Assembly: GCA_977017645.1 (NCBI GenBank)
Contig: OZ360247.1
Coordinates: 12,028,001-12,092,000, forward strand
DNA: 64,000 nucleotides
Direction: 5' to 3'
Origin: Torpedo marmorata
Taxonomy: Eukaryota
Shown: in pieces, positions 62,864 to 64,000 of the stretch
Position numbering within the stretch: the first letter of the stretch is position 1
How the letters are laid out: the number at the start of each line of letters is the position of its first letter
Notes under the pieces: generated by a model
Told to the model about the DNA's origin: nothing
Seen by the model: only the letters and a program-made list of their open reading frames with translations
The model's database searches: none
Translations under genes and position numbers: made by a program

Positions 62864-64000
62864 TAGGCCAGAACAGAGAGGGGGCCAGGTGGGCCAGTTG
62901 ACATGGGCCTATGATTTTGAGGGGGCCTCTTCCCCCTGGTAGAGGCAAAGGGGGAACCTTTTGCCTTGGTAAAGAATATTGATATTGTAAAGAGAGTCAA
63001 GGGGGGAATCCTTTAGCACAAAATATTAATATTTAAAGATTCATAAAAGATTAATACAGATAAAATATAGATAAATAAATGCAGTTAACTGAAACCAACT
63101 TATGTTCCAAATTTATTATATGTATCTTGTTGTGGTGGCCACACACACAAATAAAAATATATCTTTTCCCACTCTTCTCACGACCGCCACAACGATCGCT
63201 GTGCACACGCATCGCGTGGGAACGAGTAATCATGTCTGCCTTGCTATCGAGCGGTAGCTCGATAGAACCTGTCTTCCCCCATCATTTTCTTCGTGCTCAT
63301 ATATCTGTTGTGTTGTGTAATTGGTTTATAAATAGATATCTGCGTTGAGCCTGCGCAGCACCCACACACACTCATGACACAACATATCTCTTTAATAAAT
63401 TTCAGGAAACTTGGCTTTGACAGCAGATAAATGCTATCACTTTGAGTAGTCAGGCCTGTGAGTAGTTTCAATGCTTGCTGATAAAAGATACATTATTATG
63501 TTTTAAATTAATTGTTTCATTATTAGCTTTGTTGTTTAGTGCTGTCTTTTGTGTTTTATACACTCTTGTTTTTATTTTTTGTTAACTGTTAATGCAAAAT
63601 ACTTTTTATGCTAATATATTTTATATTATGTTAAATATAATAGAGCTGCAAAGTTTGTGAAAATCTTCTAGGTCAGTAATTTTGCTACCACATACTGACC
63701 AATAGATTTTACAATATTGGTAGTAATATTTTATTTTTAACCAATGTTAAACAAGTAAAGTAACAAAAAAATTACACACTTAACATTGATTCTTGTTTTA
63801 TTGGTTAATATCAAAATATTACTACCAATATTATATAATCTATTGGTTAGTGGGTGGAAGTAAAATTAGTTACCTAGAAGATTTTCACAATGAAAAAAAT
63901 GAGTGGGGCAGCAAAAAGAAAGCGTGCCAAATTGCAAGAAGAAGCTGTCAAAAAGTCCAAATCAATTACAAGGCCTTTTCACACCGCAGAGTTTATGTGG
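62864..64000 (+). mobile_element. Probable left end of a larger hAT element with start of a transposase-like ORF at 63890
   Basis: Interrupts the MITE arm. GGGCC-rich terminus then AT-rich interior. ORF MKKMSGAAKRKRAKLQEEAVKKSKSITRPF resembles hAT transposase N-termini and runs off the window. Confidence 0.45.

Noticed and set aside
46557-64000. LASP exon 2 (LIM domain, WHKACFHC...KKPYC)
   Set aside because: Not found by eye. Probably lies beyond the window end.

Overview
Vertebrate genomic DNA, most likely a cartilaginous fish (inferred from the mix of tRNA-SINEs with CR1-type tails, Deu-SINE remnants, CR1, Rex1/Babar, L1, Penelope, Chapaev3 and Gmr1-type Gypsy). The window lies inside a minus-strand LASP1-like (LIM/nebulin-repeat/SH3) gene. 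Two coding exons are visible (46472-46556 and 1442-1549), separated by a 44.9 kb intron. Most of the remainder is transposon-derived. Highlights: (1) a non-autonomous BEL/Pao LTR element (49790-58435) whose RT/RNaseH/integrase is replaced by a coiled-coil ORF containing an apparent captured MIPOL1 segment, with an L1 inserted in one LTR; (2) a 756-bp hAT element (33328-34083, 8-bp TSD) carrying a CpG-island-type promoter and a splice donor; (3) downstream of it, a phase-compatible chain of candidate exons that could encode a nested secreted protein or an alternative LASP N-terminus; (4) two Gmr1-like Gypsy copies fused tail-to-tail into a ~3.5-kb-arm inverted repeat; (5) Penelope-derived minimal hammerhead ribozyme motifs, one on a 118-bp mini-insert with a 13-bp TSD; (6) composite hAT MITEs built from two smaller MITEs. 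Family and protein identifications are from remembered sequences, not database searches.
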